A stretch of 64,000 nt of DNA from Thermodesulfobacteriota bacterium (GTDB lineage Bacteria > Desulfobacterota > Desulfobacteria > Desulfobacterales > SURF-7), in the NCBI GenBank assembly GCA_049320885.1, contig JBMORA010000001.1:417307-481306 (forward strand). Reading direction: 5' to 3'. Under the pieces are notes generated by a model. That model did no database searches and had not been told where the DNA came from. It saw only the letters and a list, made by a program, of their open reading frames with translations. The position numbers and the translations under genes were made by a program. Numbering within the stretch: the first letter of the stretch is position 1; every line of letters begins with the position of its first letter. Positions 37,253 through 46,846 of the stretch are shown piece by piece.

Positions 37253-39607
37253 TTATCGTCCGGTTTCGATCCTGTTTCTGAAATCCCTGGTTACATCATC
37301 CACCGCGCTCAAATCGGCGATGACCCGCGGAGTGATCAGCACGATCATTTCGTTGCGACTGGTTTTATTCGTGTTTTTCCCGAACAGATAGCCGAGCACG
37401 GGGATGTCTTTCAAATACGGCACCCCGGAATCCCCTTCCGATGTGTCATTTTTGATCAGGCCGCCGATGACGATGGTCTGGTTATGCCCCACGGTCAGAT
37501 TCGTGGAAACGCTGCGCTGGAAAAAGGAAGGGTATGCGACGCCGCCCACCAGTACATCGCCGGCCACGTCGCTGACCTCCTGGTTGACGGTCAGGCTCAC
37601 CAGACCGTTGTCGTTGATATGGGGCGTGACCGACAGGATGATGCCGGTGTTGCGATACTGGATATTGGTCTGGACCATGGACTCATTGCTCAGGTTGGTG
37701 GTGTTGTACACGGCGCTGGCCACCGGAACTTCCGTGGAGATATTGATTTTCGCCTCCTTGTCGTTGGAAGCCAGGACGGTGGGCGAGGAGAGCACATTGA
37801 CCCTGTTTTCCTTGGCAAGGGCCGACAGGGTCGCCGACCAGCGCGCGGTCTGCCCCATCACGTAGGTGAGGCCGTCCACTCCCATGCTGGCGCTCAAGAC
37901 TTCGGTGCTCGGACCGCCTTTGCCGCTGACATACCGCCACTCGACACCAAATTCCTCCGAATCGGACAGCGTGATATCGGCGATCATGACTTCGATCAAC
38001 ACCTGGCGCGGCAGGACATCCAGGGATTCCAGCATGCGTTGAATAATCTGATAATCCGAAGGGATCGCTTCGATAATCAAAGCGTTGCGGGAGAGATCCG
38101 GTGTTATTTTGATCGGTGCCCGGAGGGTGCCGGAGCCGATTTCGCCGAATTCCCGCGGGGTCTGGGGTTTGGAGCCGCCGGCCGCCGGCTTGGCGATGGC
38201 AAAGGGATTGGGGGAGGTTTTGACGGTTTCCGCTTCCTGAGCGCCGCCGGCTTTCTTGGCGCCGGCCTTTTCCTGCCCGGTTTTGGTCTCGGAAGCGGTC
38301 TTGAATATTCCGTCCAGCAGGCCGGCCAATTCCCCGGCCTGGCCGTTCTTGACCTTGTAGACATACAATTGGGGGGCGACGGTCTCATTGGGGCCGTCCA
38401 GGGTCTTGAGGAGCTGGGCCACCTTTTCGATGACCCGGGGCTGCCGGCTCATCACCAGCAGCATGCCCAGCCGGTCGATGGGAATCAACCGGACATCCGT
38501 CTCGGAAGCACTGTAATAGACCGGCAGGGCGTCCTGCAGCACCTTGATGATGTCCTCCATCGTGTTGTATTCGATCCGGAAAAACCGGTGGCCGACCCCG
38601 GCGAACATGTCCAGATCGAAACTTTCCACCAGCTTCAAGGCCTTGGCGACATTGACCCCCTTGTCCACCAGCAGGATGGAATTGGAATTATCCGGGGCCA
38701 CCATGGTTCCCTCGGAGGAGATGAACGGCGTCAGGATTTTCATCATTTCCGCGGAATGGATATTCTTCAGGGGAATGATCTGCATGAGCACCCGCTCCCC
38801 GGGAGGCAACGCCTGGCTTTCCGCCTCCTGCCGGGTCAGCATCGGCATCCGGGCCGCTTCCTTGAGGCTCGTGATGTTATATACCGCCCCTTCCTTGACG
38901 GCCGTCAATCCGTTGGTCTCGAGGATTTGAAAAAAAACCGGGAACAAATCCCGGGGGCTGATGGTGCCGGCGGTATGCAGGGTCACCCGCCCGCGCACAG
39001 CGGGGTCCACGATATACGAGATTTTCAGGATATCCGCCATGGTCCGGATGACTTCATACAGATCGGCGTCATCAAAATTGAGCGTCACTTTTTCCTTTTC
39101 GGATTTCGCGGCCTCGGGGGCGGCTTCCTTGCCCCTTGCCTCCGGGGATGTCATACCGGCCCCCGGCTGTTCCTGTTTCGTAGCCGGTGCTGTCCGCCGG
39201 ATGTCCGCGGGCTCTTCGCTCTCTATTGCCGGTGCTTCGGGGGCCGGCTCCGCTTTCACCGGAGCGGGCGCCGGACGCCGGTCCGCACTTGTTTCCTTCC
39301 GGGCGGCAGCCGGTTTTGGGGTGGCGGCGGGCTCCTTTTCCGATTTTCCGGAAGGCGGGCCGGCTTCCGCGGGCTGCTTCATCATGCCGAAGGGCGTGCT
39401 GACGATCCGGTATGTTTTTCCGTTTTCCGTCACCAGTTTGGGAAAATCCTTCTGCAGCATCTCTCCGCCGGCCGGCCCGGAGGCGACCCCGGCGCTGCCG
39501 GATTCCGCCCGGCCATCCCCCGGACCCAGAAAGCACATACACACAAAGGCCGCAATACCCGGCACCATCCTACAGCATCTGCCGATTGATCTTGTAATTC
39601 GCATCAT
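37253..39607 (-). CDS. gspD: Type II secretion secretin
   Basis: LNFDDADL, N-domain repeats, LDVLPRQVLIE, GVPYLKDIPVLGYLF, LITPRVI; long Pro/Ala/Lys-rich N-terminal linker. Confidence 0.95.
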   Translation of the reverse strand: MMRITRSIGRCCRMVPGIAAFVCMCFLGPGDGRAESGSAGVASGPAGGEMLQKDFPKLVTENGKTYRIVSTPFGMMKQPAEAGPPSGKSEKEPAATPKPAAARKETSADRRPAPAPVKAEPAPEAPAIESEEPADIRRTAPATKQEQPGAGMTSPEARGKEAAPEAAKSEKEKVTLNFDDADLYEVIRTMADILKISYIVDPAVRGRVTLHTAGTISPRDLFPVFFQILETNGLTAVKEGAVYNITSLKEAARMPMLTRQEAESQALPPGERVLMQIIPLKNIHSAEMMKILTPFISSEGTMVAPDNSNSILLVDKGVNVAKALKLVESFDLDMFAGVGHRFFRIEYNTMEDIIKVLQDALPVYYSASETDVRLIPIDRLGMLLVMSRQPRVIEKVAQLLKTLDGPNETVAPQLYVYKVKNGQAGELAGLLDGIFKTASETKTGQEKAGAKKAGGAQEAETVKTSPNPFAIAKPAAGGSKPQTPREFGEIGSGTLRAPIKITPDLSRNALIIEAIPSDYQIIQRMLESLDVLPRQVLIEVMIADITLSDSEEFGVEWRYVSGKGGPSTEVLSASMGVDGLTYVMGQTARWSATLSALAKENRVNVLSSPTVLASNDKEAKINISTEVPVASAVYNTTNLSNESMVQTNIQYRNTGIILSVTPHINDNGLVSLTVNQEVSDVAGDVLVGGVAYPSFFQRSVSTNLTVGHNQTIVIGGLIKNDTSEGDSGVPYLKDIPVLGYLFGKNTNKTSRNEMIVLITPRVIADLSAVDDVTRDFRNRIETGR

Positions 39608-39610
39608 AAG

Positions 39611-40333
39611 CTACTGTTTCTTCCGTTTCATCATACCGAACGGCGTACTGATCGTTTCATACTGCTCGTCCGTTCCCGAATCCTTTTTGCGCCGGCTGGC
39701 GATGCCGGCATCCTTCTTCGGTTCCGGCTTGGGTTTCTTTTCCGGCGGTGTCGCCACGACAACGGGTTTTGCCGGTTGACGGGCGGCCGCCGGTTGCCGG
39801 ATCTTGCTCTGTTCGTACAGTCCCACGCGAAACTTCTTTCGGCCTTCGTCCGTGAAGACGACTCCATCCGCGAAGATCTGCTCAACCCGCAACTGTCCCA
39901 CCCGATCCCCCCGCCTGACCCACAGGGAATGATCGGCGGCGGATTTCGCCTCGGGATTGTTGATCAGGGCCGCTTCGTAACCATCCAGAATCACGACGCC
40001 GAAAAGCAGGATGTCCCGTCCCTCGATCCGGGGCTTGTCTTCTTCCGGCAGGGCTTCGATCCCGGGTTCCGGGGCCTGGTATTCCTCCCGCTCCGGTGAA
40101 AACAGGTTTTTCCCCACCACATCCTGAAAGGCGCTCTGGGGCTGCGGGCGTTCCCCGGGAAAGCCGCCGGCGGGAACGGACGGCGTCTCCCTTTCCAGGG
40201 CGCGGTTTTCCGAAGGCCGCTCCGGCTGGCGGATGGGCAAGGGATCGTGCCGCCATACCTGAACGGTCTTGTGGATAAAAAAAACACTCAGAACGGCCAG
40301 GCCGATATTGATGTAGGTGATCTTGGAAATCAT
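39611..40333 (-). CDS. T2SS GspC-like assembly protein
   Basis: N-terminal TM, KNLFSPER, LFGVV...ALI...GDRVG HR-like domain; position immediately before gspD. Confidence 0.7.
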   Translation of the reverse strand: MISKITYINIGLAVLSVFFIHKTVQVWRHDPLPIRQPERPSENRALERETPSVPAGGFPGERPQPQSAFQDVVGKNLFSPEREEYQAPEPGIEALPEEDKPRIEGRDILLFGVVILDGYEAALINNPEAKSAADHSLWVRRGDRVGQLRVEQIFADGVVFTDEGRKKFRVGLYEQSKIRQPAAARQPAKPVVVATPPEKKPKPEPKKDAGIASRRKKDSGTDEQYETISTPFGMMKRKKQ

Positions 40334-40354
40334 GCGCGATTTTTCATGCCCCGG

Positions 40355-40945
40355 TCACCGAATTTCCTGATTCTTCATTTTCTTTTCCGGTCTTTTCATA
40401 TAACCCGAAACGGTCATGCTGGCCGTCAGCACATCCGGTCCGGCCGCTTCCATGCGAAGCAGGCGCATATCGACAATCGCCAGCAATTTCGGAGCGGATT
40501 CAATTCTATACAAAAAAGTTCGCAATTGCGCGACATTCATCCGGGTCGTGATCTGGACAGGAATTTCAAGATAGTCCTTTTCCGGCTCTTCCCTGGTTTT
40601 CAGAACCAGTTGGGATAGAATTTCCAAGCCGTTTGCCTGGGCGATCTCATTGATCACATTCTGAATGCTCACCGCGGCCAGAGCCGGTGTGGCCCCATCC
40701 AGCAGCGCCTGTTCGGCCTGCTCCAGACGCCGGGTCAGGATCATGTTGCGCTCCTGAATCCGGCGGCGTTCCGCCACTTTCTGCCGGTAGCGCTCCACGG
40801 TTTTCATTTTCACATCCAGCTCCCCGCCATCGGGCAGGAGGCCGGCGACATCCGGATAGAAGCGATACACCAGGCCCAGCAGGAGCAGGAGGCCGCCCAC
40901 CGCCAAAATGATTTTCCTTTCCTTGGTTATCTCGAACCCAGCCAT
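40355..40945 (-). CDS. gspM: T2SS protein M
   Basis: TM, coiled coil and ferredoxin-like FLYRIE domain; position. Start 40945 or 40969. Confidence 0.78.
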   Translation of the reverse strand: MAGFEITKERKIILAVGGLLLLLGLVYRFYPDVAGLLPDGGELDVKMKTVERYRQKVAERRRIQERNMILTRRLEQAEQALLDGATPALAAVSIQNVINEIAQANGLEILSQLVLKTREEPEKDYLEIPVQITTRMNVAQLRTFLYRIESAPKLLAIVDMRLLRMEAAGPDVLTASMTVSGYMKRPEKKMKNQEIR

Positions 40946-40972
40946 GGCCGCCACTATCTCCGAATTCAATTT

Positions 40973-42373
40973 TTATTGCAAGCCCATACCGATCCGGAAT
41001 CGTTCCTTGCCGTTCTTGTCCTTGGTAATGGCGGAAAGAAAAACCACCTCTTCAAAAACAGGCGAATCCTCAAGCAATTCTACAATTTCCCTTGCCGAAT
41101 CGGCCAGCCCGACGATCTGCACACCGCCTTTCTGGAGAGCAAATTCCTGAATCCAGGCAGTGGTGGGAACGCGGGTGCTGAGTTCATTCAACAGCACCAG
41201 CGTCGGAATCCGCCCGCTACGCAGTTGGGCTAGCGTCTCGATCCGGGATTCCATGGCTTCTGCCTGCCGGACCATGTTTTCGATTTCCTTCACTTCCTCC
41301 TGGAGACCGCTCAATTCCTTGTTGAGACCGGACAAGGCCATCCGGTGCCGGACGACAAGACTTCCGGACCAGGAAACGACGGAGATCAGCGTCAGCAGGA
41401 CGAGGGCCAGCATGGTGTAATAGCCGATGCGGCTCGGTTTTTTACGCAGCTTTTCCGGCAGGAGATTCACCTTTGTCGCGGCATCACGCAGTCCCTTGCA
41501 GGCCAGCCCGTAAGCCGGAGCGAAATCCGCGGAAGGCAGCCCGGAATTCCCGGTGCTCACCGGATCGATTTCCCGTGACGCCTTTTCCCGGATACGATCC
41601 AGAAGGCGCTCCGATCCGGGCGATCCATAAAAGCTCCAGTGGAAGGGACCGCCGATTCCCTGTCTCTGGTTCTCGGCCGTTTCCAGGTTTGCCGCCAGCT
41701 CCGCTGCCAGATCGTCGCCTTCGTCCGTCGGCTGGATCAGCTTGGAATATTCCAGCCGCCCTCCCCGGTAAATGCAGATTTCACCGCTTTTGTTTCCGGC
41801 CCGGATCACGGCCTGGGAGGTCTGCTCCCCGCCCGGGCCCTGAAACTCCAGAAAACCCGCAAAGGCCGTGGCGCCGATTTCGATTCCTCCCAAATTCCGG
41901 CCGAGGTGGGTAGCCAACGGCAGGTATCCGTCCAGATCCCGTTTGCGCATCGCAAACAGCAGGATCCGCAACGTGTTTTGCGAACGGTTTTCCTCCGTGA
42001 TCAGATAATCGAAGTAGATTTCGTCGGCGGGCAAGGGAACGTATTTGGGCATTTCATATCCCAGAGTGGCGCGCAGGTTTTCCTTCACGGAAAGCGGAAG
42101 ACCGATTTCACGCACAATGACATGCTCCCTGGGGATGGCGACAAATATTTCCGCTGGCCCCATGCCTTCCTGCCGGCTCATTTCATTGACGACATCGGCA
42201 ATCACCTTGACCCTGTCGTTCAGATGCAGGCTGCCGTCAAAACCGACCGTGTTGCAGGCCGAAAGGCGAACTCCCTTGAAGCCGTCCTTCAGCGCCACGA
42301 CGCTGAAACTTTCGGCCCGGATATCAATCCCGATGCTGTTCTGAAATAACAAAAACCGCCTCCTCCGCCGCAC
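40973..42373 (-). CDS. gspL: T2SS protein L (PilM-like plus PilN domains)
   Basis: IGIDI, NLLP, TM, coiled coil, GLADSA...LEDSPVF. Confidence 0.82.
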   Translation of the reverse strand: MRRRRRFLLFQNSIGIDIRAESFSVVALKDGFKGVRLSACNTVGFDGSLHLNDRVKVIADVVNEMSRQEGMGPAEIFVAIPREHVIVREIGLPLSVKENLRATLGYEMPKYVPLPADEIYFDYLITEENRSQNTLRILLFAMRKRDLDGYLPLATHLGRNLGGIEIGATAFAGFLEFQGPGGEQTSQAVIRAGNKSGEICIYRGGRLEYSKLIQPTDEGDDLAAELAANLETAENQRQGIGGPFHWSFYGSPGSERLLDRIREKASREIDPVSTGNSGLPSADFAPAYGLACKGLRDAATKVNLLPEKLRKKPSRIGYYTMLALVLLTLISVVSWSGSLVVRHRMALSGLNKELSGLQEEVKEIENMVRQAEAMESRIETLAQLRSGRIPTLVLLNELSTRVPTTAWIQEFALQKGGVQIVGLADSAREIVELLEDSPVFEEVVFLSAITKDKNGKERFRIGMGLQ

Positions 42374-42415
42374 GGGAATTCTGCTTCCCGGTCCGTATTT
42401 CCTGGTTCACGCTCC

Positions 42416-43468
42416 TCACCTGGCAACGGGCATATGGTCAAACCATTGCACGATACGATATTTTTCCTTGGATTTCAAATCAAGATAGATCATCGCGCTG
42501 ATTTCCTGACGCACCTTTCCTTCGGCGAACAGCCCCCGGGACGTAACCCGGAAATACGGCGACAGGGAGAAGGTGATATAATTCTGCGTGGCGGCGTAAG
42601 CCTCGGCGCCCACAAGTGTCAGGTAATCCCCGTTGGAAGCGATGTCCTTTTCCCGCCGATAGGTATGGACCGCTGCCACGATTTCAGGGGTGAAACCCGG
42701 CAATAAGAGCAACAGCGCCGGCGGAGCCGCATTGATGTTGAATTTGTTGTAATTAAAACCGGTTTTGGCGACGGCGGCGCCTGGAGCGGCGCCTGTTTTT
42801 GTTTCCACGGCCTTTCTCGAGGGATATACCGTGACCGTCTGCCGGAAACATTCGTGAAAAATACCCGGGGTGATTCCTTTTACCAGCAGAAGCTCTTCAA
42901 CGCTGTCAAAATCACCGTTTTTGCAGTGGTAGGGGTTCGGCAGGGACTGGTAGTAGTCCTCCTCGGCGCCGTGCATGCGATGGAGGTCGTCACTGTCGCG
43001 CCAGTCCATAATCGAATCCACGATGGCGCTCTTTTCATCCTCGCTGATCGGAAGCCCCTTCAGGAGAAGGAGGATCAGCGCCTGGTCGGCAAGATTGATA
43101 TTCACTTTGCCGCCTTCGTTGTCGATCCTCACCATGATCTGTCCTTCTCCGAAAGGAATCGCCGGGATTTCGGTATTGACGCGCCAGTCGATGTCAGCCC
43201 CCTCCTCTTTCGCCACTTCCGAGGCGGGGCGGGGATTGAACATCGTCCGCAGCATCTGGTAAACGGTCAGATGGATGCCCCCCAAAGCCGCATAATATCC
43301 CTGGCTGGTTTCCTTGAAATTCCGGGCGATCATCAATTCCGTGCGCATGGAACGAGAGAATTCGGCGGCGATGACGGACAGGAAAGCCAGCACCCACAGC
43401 ACCAGCAGCAGGGCAATCCCTTTTTGATTGCAAGTATCCCCCCGCGGTTTCATCCTATCTGCCCTCAT
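42416..43468 (-). CDS. gspK: T2SS minor pseudopilin K
   Basis: G/IALLLVLW, GKVNIN, IMDWRD.D, ELLLVKGI, NINAA. Confidence 0.92.
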   Translation of the reverse strand: MRADRMKPRGDTCNQKGIALLLVLWVLAFLSVIAAEFSRSMRTELMIARNFKETSQGYYAALGGIHLTVYQMLRTMFNPRPASEVAKEEGADIDWRVNTEIPAIPFGEGQIMVRIDNEGGKVNINLADQALILLLLKGLPISEDEKSAIVDSIMDWRDSDDLHRMHGAEEDYYQSLPNPYHCKNGDFDSVEELLLVKGITPGIFHECFRQTVTVYPSRKAVETKTGAAPGAAVAKTGFNYNKFNINAAPPALLLLLPGFTPEIVAAVHTYRREKDIASNGDYLTLVGAEAYAATQNYITFSLSPYFRVTSRGLFAEGKVRQEISAMIYLDLKSKEKYRIVQWFDHMPVAR

Positions 43469-43487
43469 GATGTTTCGCCGATGGTTC

Positions 43488-44135
43488 TCACAATCCCAAG
43501 CTGCGAACGGGGATGACGGTAACGATGGGAAAGTCATCCGCTCGATCCTGAATGCTGATCTTCACGGCCTGGGGAAGACCTTCTTCCGCTGCCGGGTCCC
43601 ATTGCGGCTGCCAATCATAGATGTTCTGCGTATCCGGGGGCTTTAAAAACTGAAAAAGGATCGAATGCATCCCTGCCAGCAGCCTGCGTCTTCCGGTCTC
43701 TGGTGCCGTCGCATCGACATCCACAGGTGCCGCCGCCGTGGGCGCCTTTTCCTCGATCAGAAACAGTTCGGCCCCTTGGGAGGTCTCCTCGACGATATAT
43801 TGACTGTAGACATCACCGAATCGGTTCCGTGGATCCAGCGCCAGTTTTGAAATCATGGACATTCGTTGCTCATGGCCCTCGAAAGCGGCCGGTTTTTCCG
43901 AGCTTCGGAGTACTTCCAAGGGGGCCAGGGAAGCGATCTGCTTTTTCATCAATTCTAGGACGACGCGCAGGCGCTGTTGCCGTTCGATGTCCCGCTCCCC
44001 CCTTTCCCAGGCCCGCAGTCCAACCCTGAATATCCCGAAAATCAAGCCGATGATGATGGCGGTGATGGCCATGGAAAGCAGCAGTTCCAGCAGGGTAAAA
44101 CCGCCGCCACCTTCCCGTTGGAGTTTATTTTTCAT
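43488..44135 (-). CDS. gspJ: T2SS minor pseudopilin J
   Basis: GFTLLELL prepilin motif; W...W...LPQAV C-terminus. Confidence 0.85.
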   Translation of the reverse strand: MKNKLQREGGGGFTLLELLLSMAITAIIIGLIFGIFRVGLRAWERGERDIERQQRLRVVLELMKKQIASLAPLEVLRSSEKPAAFEGHEQRMSMISKLALDPRNRFGDVYSQYIVEETSQGAELFLIEEKAPTAAAPVDVDATAPETGRRRLLAGMHSILFQFLKPPDTQNIYDWQPQWDPAAEEGLPQAVKISIQDRADDFPIVTVIPVRSLGL

Positions 44136-44571
44136 CGGCCAGCCTTGCCGCCAATGCCAGGGTTTGCAGGTCGATCCGGCGTTGCCGTTCGCCGTCCGTC
44201 CAGGACACCTCCAGCTTTACATGAAACGGTTCGGGTTCGTCAGGCAGGATTTCCACTTCCTCCGGTTCCAATCGGGCGATCTCCGCTTTCCAGGAAAAAC
44301 CGTCCTCCCAGCGGCCTTCGATCATGGTATCCTCCATCCGGGTCGCCAGAAGGATTTCCTCCATTTTCTCGCGGGCGTGGAAGACGGCCCGGGTATACCG
44401 ATCCGCCAGGAAAACCGCCCCCAGCCCTCCGGAGAAAAGCCGCAGCAGGATGATCAGCGCCGTGGCCAGAATCATGGTGGCGGCCAAGGTCTCGAAAAGA
44501 GTGAAACCGGCGGCGTTCGATGCGCAAACCGGAATCCGGTATGGCCAGCGGAAGACGTGTCTGCGTCGCAT
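44125..44571 (-). CDS. gspI: T2SS minor pseudopilin I
   Basis: GFTLFETL prepilin motif; size and position. Confidence 0.82.
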   Translation of the reverse strand: MRRRHVFRWPYRIPVCASNAAGFTLFETLAATMILATALIILLRLFSGGLGAVFLADRYTRAVFHAREKMEEILLATRMEDTMIEGRWEDGFSWKAEIARLEPEEVEILPDEPEPFHVKLEVSWTDGERQRRIDLQTLALAARLADEK

Positions 44572-45111
44572 TCATTCTCCCAGGGACACGGCGCCGGTGA
44601 TGGAATCGACCTCCACGCGGCGGCTTCGGCCCATGGCGTCGCTCAACCGGATATCCGCGCCGGTGCAGTTGCCGATGGGGAAAAAAGTGATGATATCGAT
44701 ATCCGTTTCTAACGCCTCCTCCGGACCGGGCTCACAGGCGAGGGTCAGATTCACCGGCAGGTGATAGATTCGCTCGACGCCGTCATCGATTTCCTTCGAC
44801 TCCGCCGCCGCATCGCCTTCCGGCGCTTTGGGAACGGCAACAAAAATCCGCCGGTCTTCGGGTTGGAACCACACCGCCATGGAACAGCTTCGGCTGACGG
44901 CCTGGCTGCGGGCGAACCGCATGATTGCCGCAAGATCCCTGGCCGCCGTAACCAGAGGCAGTTTTTCATAGGAGCCGGATAAACGGGGAACCGCCATGGC
45001 CGCCATCAAACCGACCAGCACCAGCACCACCATCATCTCCAGCAGCGTGAAACCCGCGGCATCTTCTTCATCACAACGCCCTCCGCGCGGCAAATCGGCT
45101 TCGGCAATCAC
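44572..45111 (-). CDS. gspH: T2SS minor pseudopilin H
   Basis: GFTLLEMM, FARSQAV, ITFFPIG, ITGAV. GTG start inferred just after the gspG stop. Confidence 0.82.
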   Translation of the reverse strand: MIAEADLPRGGRCDEEDAAGFTLLEMMVVLVLVGLMAAMAVPRLSGSYEKLPLVTAARDLAAIMRFARSQAVSRSCSMAVWFQPEDRRIFVAVPKAPEGDAAAESKEIDDGVERIYHLPVNLTLACEPGPEEALETDIDIITFFPIGNCTGADIRLSDAMGRSRRVEVDSITGAVSLGE

Positions 45112-45112
45112 G

Positions 45113-45541
45113 TCATTCCAGATTTTTCCAGCTGACGACATCCTCGTCTTCCCCCTCTCCTCCGGGACTGCCATCCGCTCCATAGGAAAGGATATCAAAG
45201 TCGCCGTGCTCTCCCGGCGAACGGTACTCATACGGCCGCCCCCATGGATCCGTGGGGATATCCTTGGGCAGATAGGGGCCTTCCCATTTTTCCGCATCGT
45301 CCGGTTTGACGCGCAGGGCCGTCAGTCCCATTTCGGTTGTGGGATATTTCCCGACATCCAGACGATAGGTATCCAGGGCGGTTTCAAACAGGGATATCTG
45401 GGCCTTGGCCGATTTCTGCTTGGACTTGCCGACCTTGCCGAACATTCTCGGCCCCACCAGGGCGGCCAGCAACCCCAGAATCACCATGACAATCAACATT
45501 TCAATCAGCGTAAACCCTTTTTGGTCTTTTCCGATCTTCAT
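45113..45541 (-). CDS. gspG: T2SS major pseudopilin G
   Basis: GFTLIEML, YRLDVGKYP, WEGPYL, DPWG, SYGADG. Confidence 0.96.
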   Translation of the reverse strand: MKIGKDQKGFTLIEMLIVMVILGLLAALVGPRMFGKVGKSKQKSAKAQISLFETALDTYRLDVGKYPTTEMGLTALRVKPDDAEKWEGPYLPKDIPTDPWGRPYEYRSPGEHGDFDILSYGADGSPGGEGEDEDVVSWKNLE

Positions 45542-45552
45542 TCTCGCTTCCC

Positions 45553-46782
45553 TTAAAATGGTAGTTCATTCATGCTGAAAATGGCCATCAGCATCGAAAT
45601 GACGATGAATCCGACCACCACCGCCATAAGCAAAATCAATGCCGGCTCCAACAGGCTGATAAAGCGTTTCACCAGGTTTCGCAACGATTTTTCATAATTG
45701 TCCGCCACCCGCAGCAGCATTTCCTCCAGCCGGCCGGTCTCTTCTCCCACGGTGATCATCTGAAGCGCCAGGGAGGGGAAGACACCGGCGTGTTCGAGCG
45801 TTTTCGACAGGCGATCCCCGGCCTTCACCCGGGTGTGGACCTGGTTCATGGACTGGGAAACGATCTGGTTGGCCAGTACATGGCGCACCAATTCAATTCC
45901 CTGCAAAATCGGAACTCCGCTGCGGATCAGGGTGCCCAGGGTTCTGGCGAATCGGGCCACTTCCGCCTTTTTCACCAACTCCCCGATGAAGGGCAGGCGC
46001 AACTTCAGGGAGTCGATGGACATCCGTCCCTTCTCCGTGCCCCGATAGCGGCGGAAACCGAATACCGCCAGGATCAATGCTCCCAGCAGAAGCCACCAGT
46101 AATTTCGTAACAATTCACTTCCTGCCAGCAAGAGACGGGAGGATAACGGGATGGAAGCACCCATATCCGAGAAAATGAAAGCGAATTTAGGAATCACGTA
46201 CGTTATCAGGATGATAATGGATATCCCGCTTACACACACCAGGAAGACGGGATACACCAACGCCGACTTGATAAAATCCTTCAAATCCTGGGAGCTTTCC
46301 AGGTACCCGCCGAGTCGTGAAAGCACCTCCTCCAAGACGCCGCCGGCCTCTCCGGCCCGCACCATGTTTACGTAAAAATCTGAAAAAACATCCGGGTTCT
46401 TTGCAAGGGCATCGGAAAGATAGGCCCCTCCCTGAACCGCGGCCAACATTCCGGCGATAATGGTCTTGAATTTCTTTTTTTCAGTCACCTCCACCAGGAT
46501 GGCCAATGCCCGGTCGACAGGCAGGCCGGCTTCCAGCAGCGCCGAAAGATCCTGCGTGAACATCATGACATCCTTGCCGCCGATCCCCCCGAAGATCATG
46601 CCCGGCAGTTCCGCGGGATGATATTGAAACAGGCGCATCTGTTTTCCCGCCGGTGATATCCGGATCGGAATCAGGCCCATTTCCTGAATGCGCGCGGCCG
46701 CCGCCGATTCGTCCGCCGCGTCCAGCACCGCCCGGACAATTTTCCCGCTCGAATCCGATGCTTTGTAAGAAAAAATCGCCAT
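45553..46782 (-). CDS. gspF: T2SS inner-membrane platform protein F
   Basis: AGEAGG, SALVYP, SGVPIL, VGEETG, LLEP. Confidence 0.95.
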   Translation of the reverse strand: MAIFSYKASDSSGKIVRAVLDAADESAAAARIQEMGLIPIRISPAGKQMRLFQYHPAELPGMIFGGIGGKDVMMFTQDLSALLEAGLPVDRALAILVEVTEKKKFKTIIAGMLAAVQGGAYLSDALAKNPDVFSDFYVNMVRAGEAGGVLEEVLSRLGGYLESSQDLKDFIKSALVYPVFLVCVSGISIIILITYVIPKFAFIFSDMGASIPLSSRLLLAGSELLRNYWWLLLGALILAVFGFRRYRGTEKGRMSIDSLKLRLPFIGELVKKAEVARFARTLGTLIRSGVPILQGIELVRHVLANQIVSQSMNQVHTRVKAGDRLSKTLEHAGVFPSLALQMITVGEETGRLEEMLLRVADNYEKSLRNLVKRFISLLEPALILLMAVVVGFIVISMLMAIFSMNELPF

Positions 46783-46812
46783 AATGCTGTTTACAATCGA
46801 CTCCCATCCACC

Positions 46813-46840
46813 ATTCGTAATTCCCAATTCGTAATTCGTA
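46813..46840. repeat. Heptamer tandem repeat (ATTCGTA)n, 4 units
   Basis: ATTCGTA ATTCCCA ATTCGTA ATTCGTA between gspE and gspF. Confidence 0.85.
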
Positions 46841-46846
46841 ATTGCG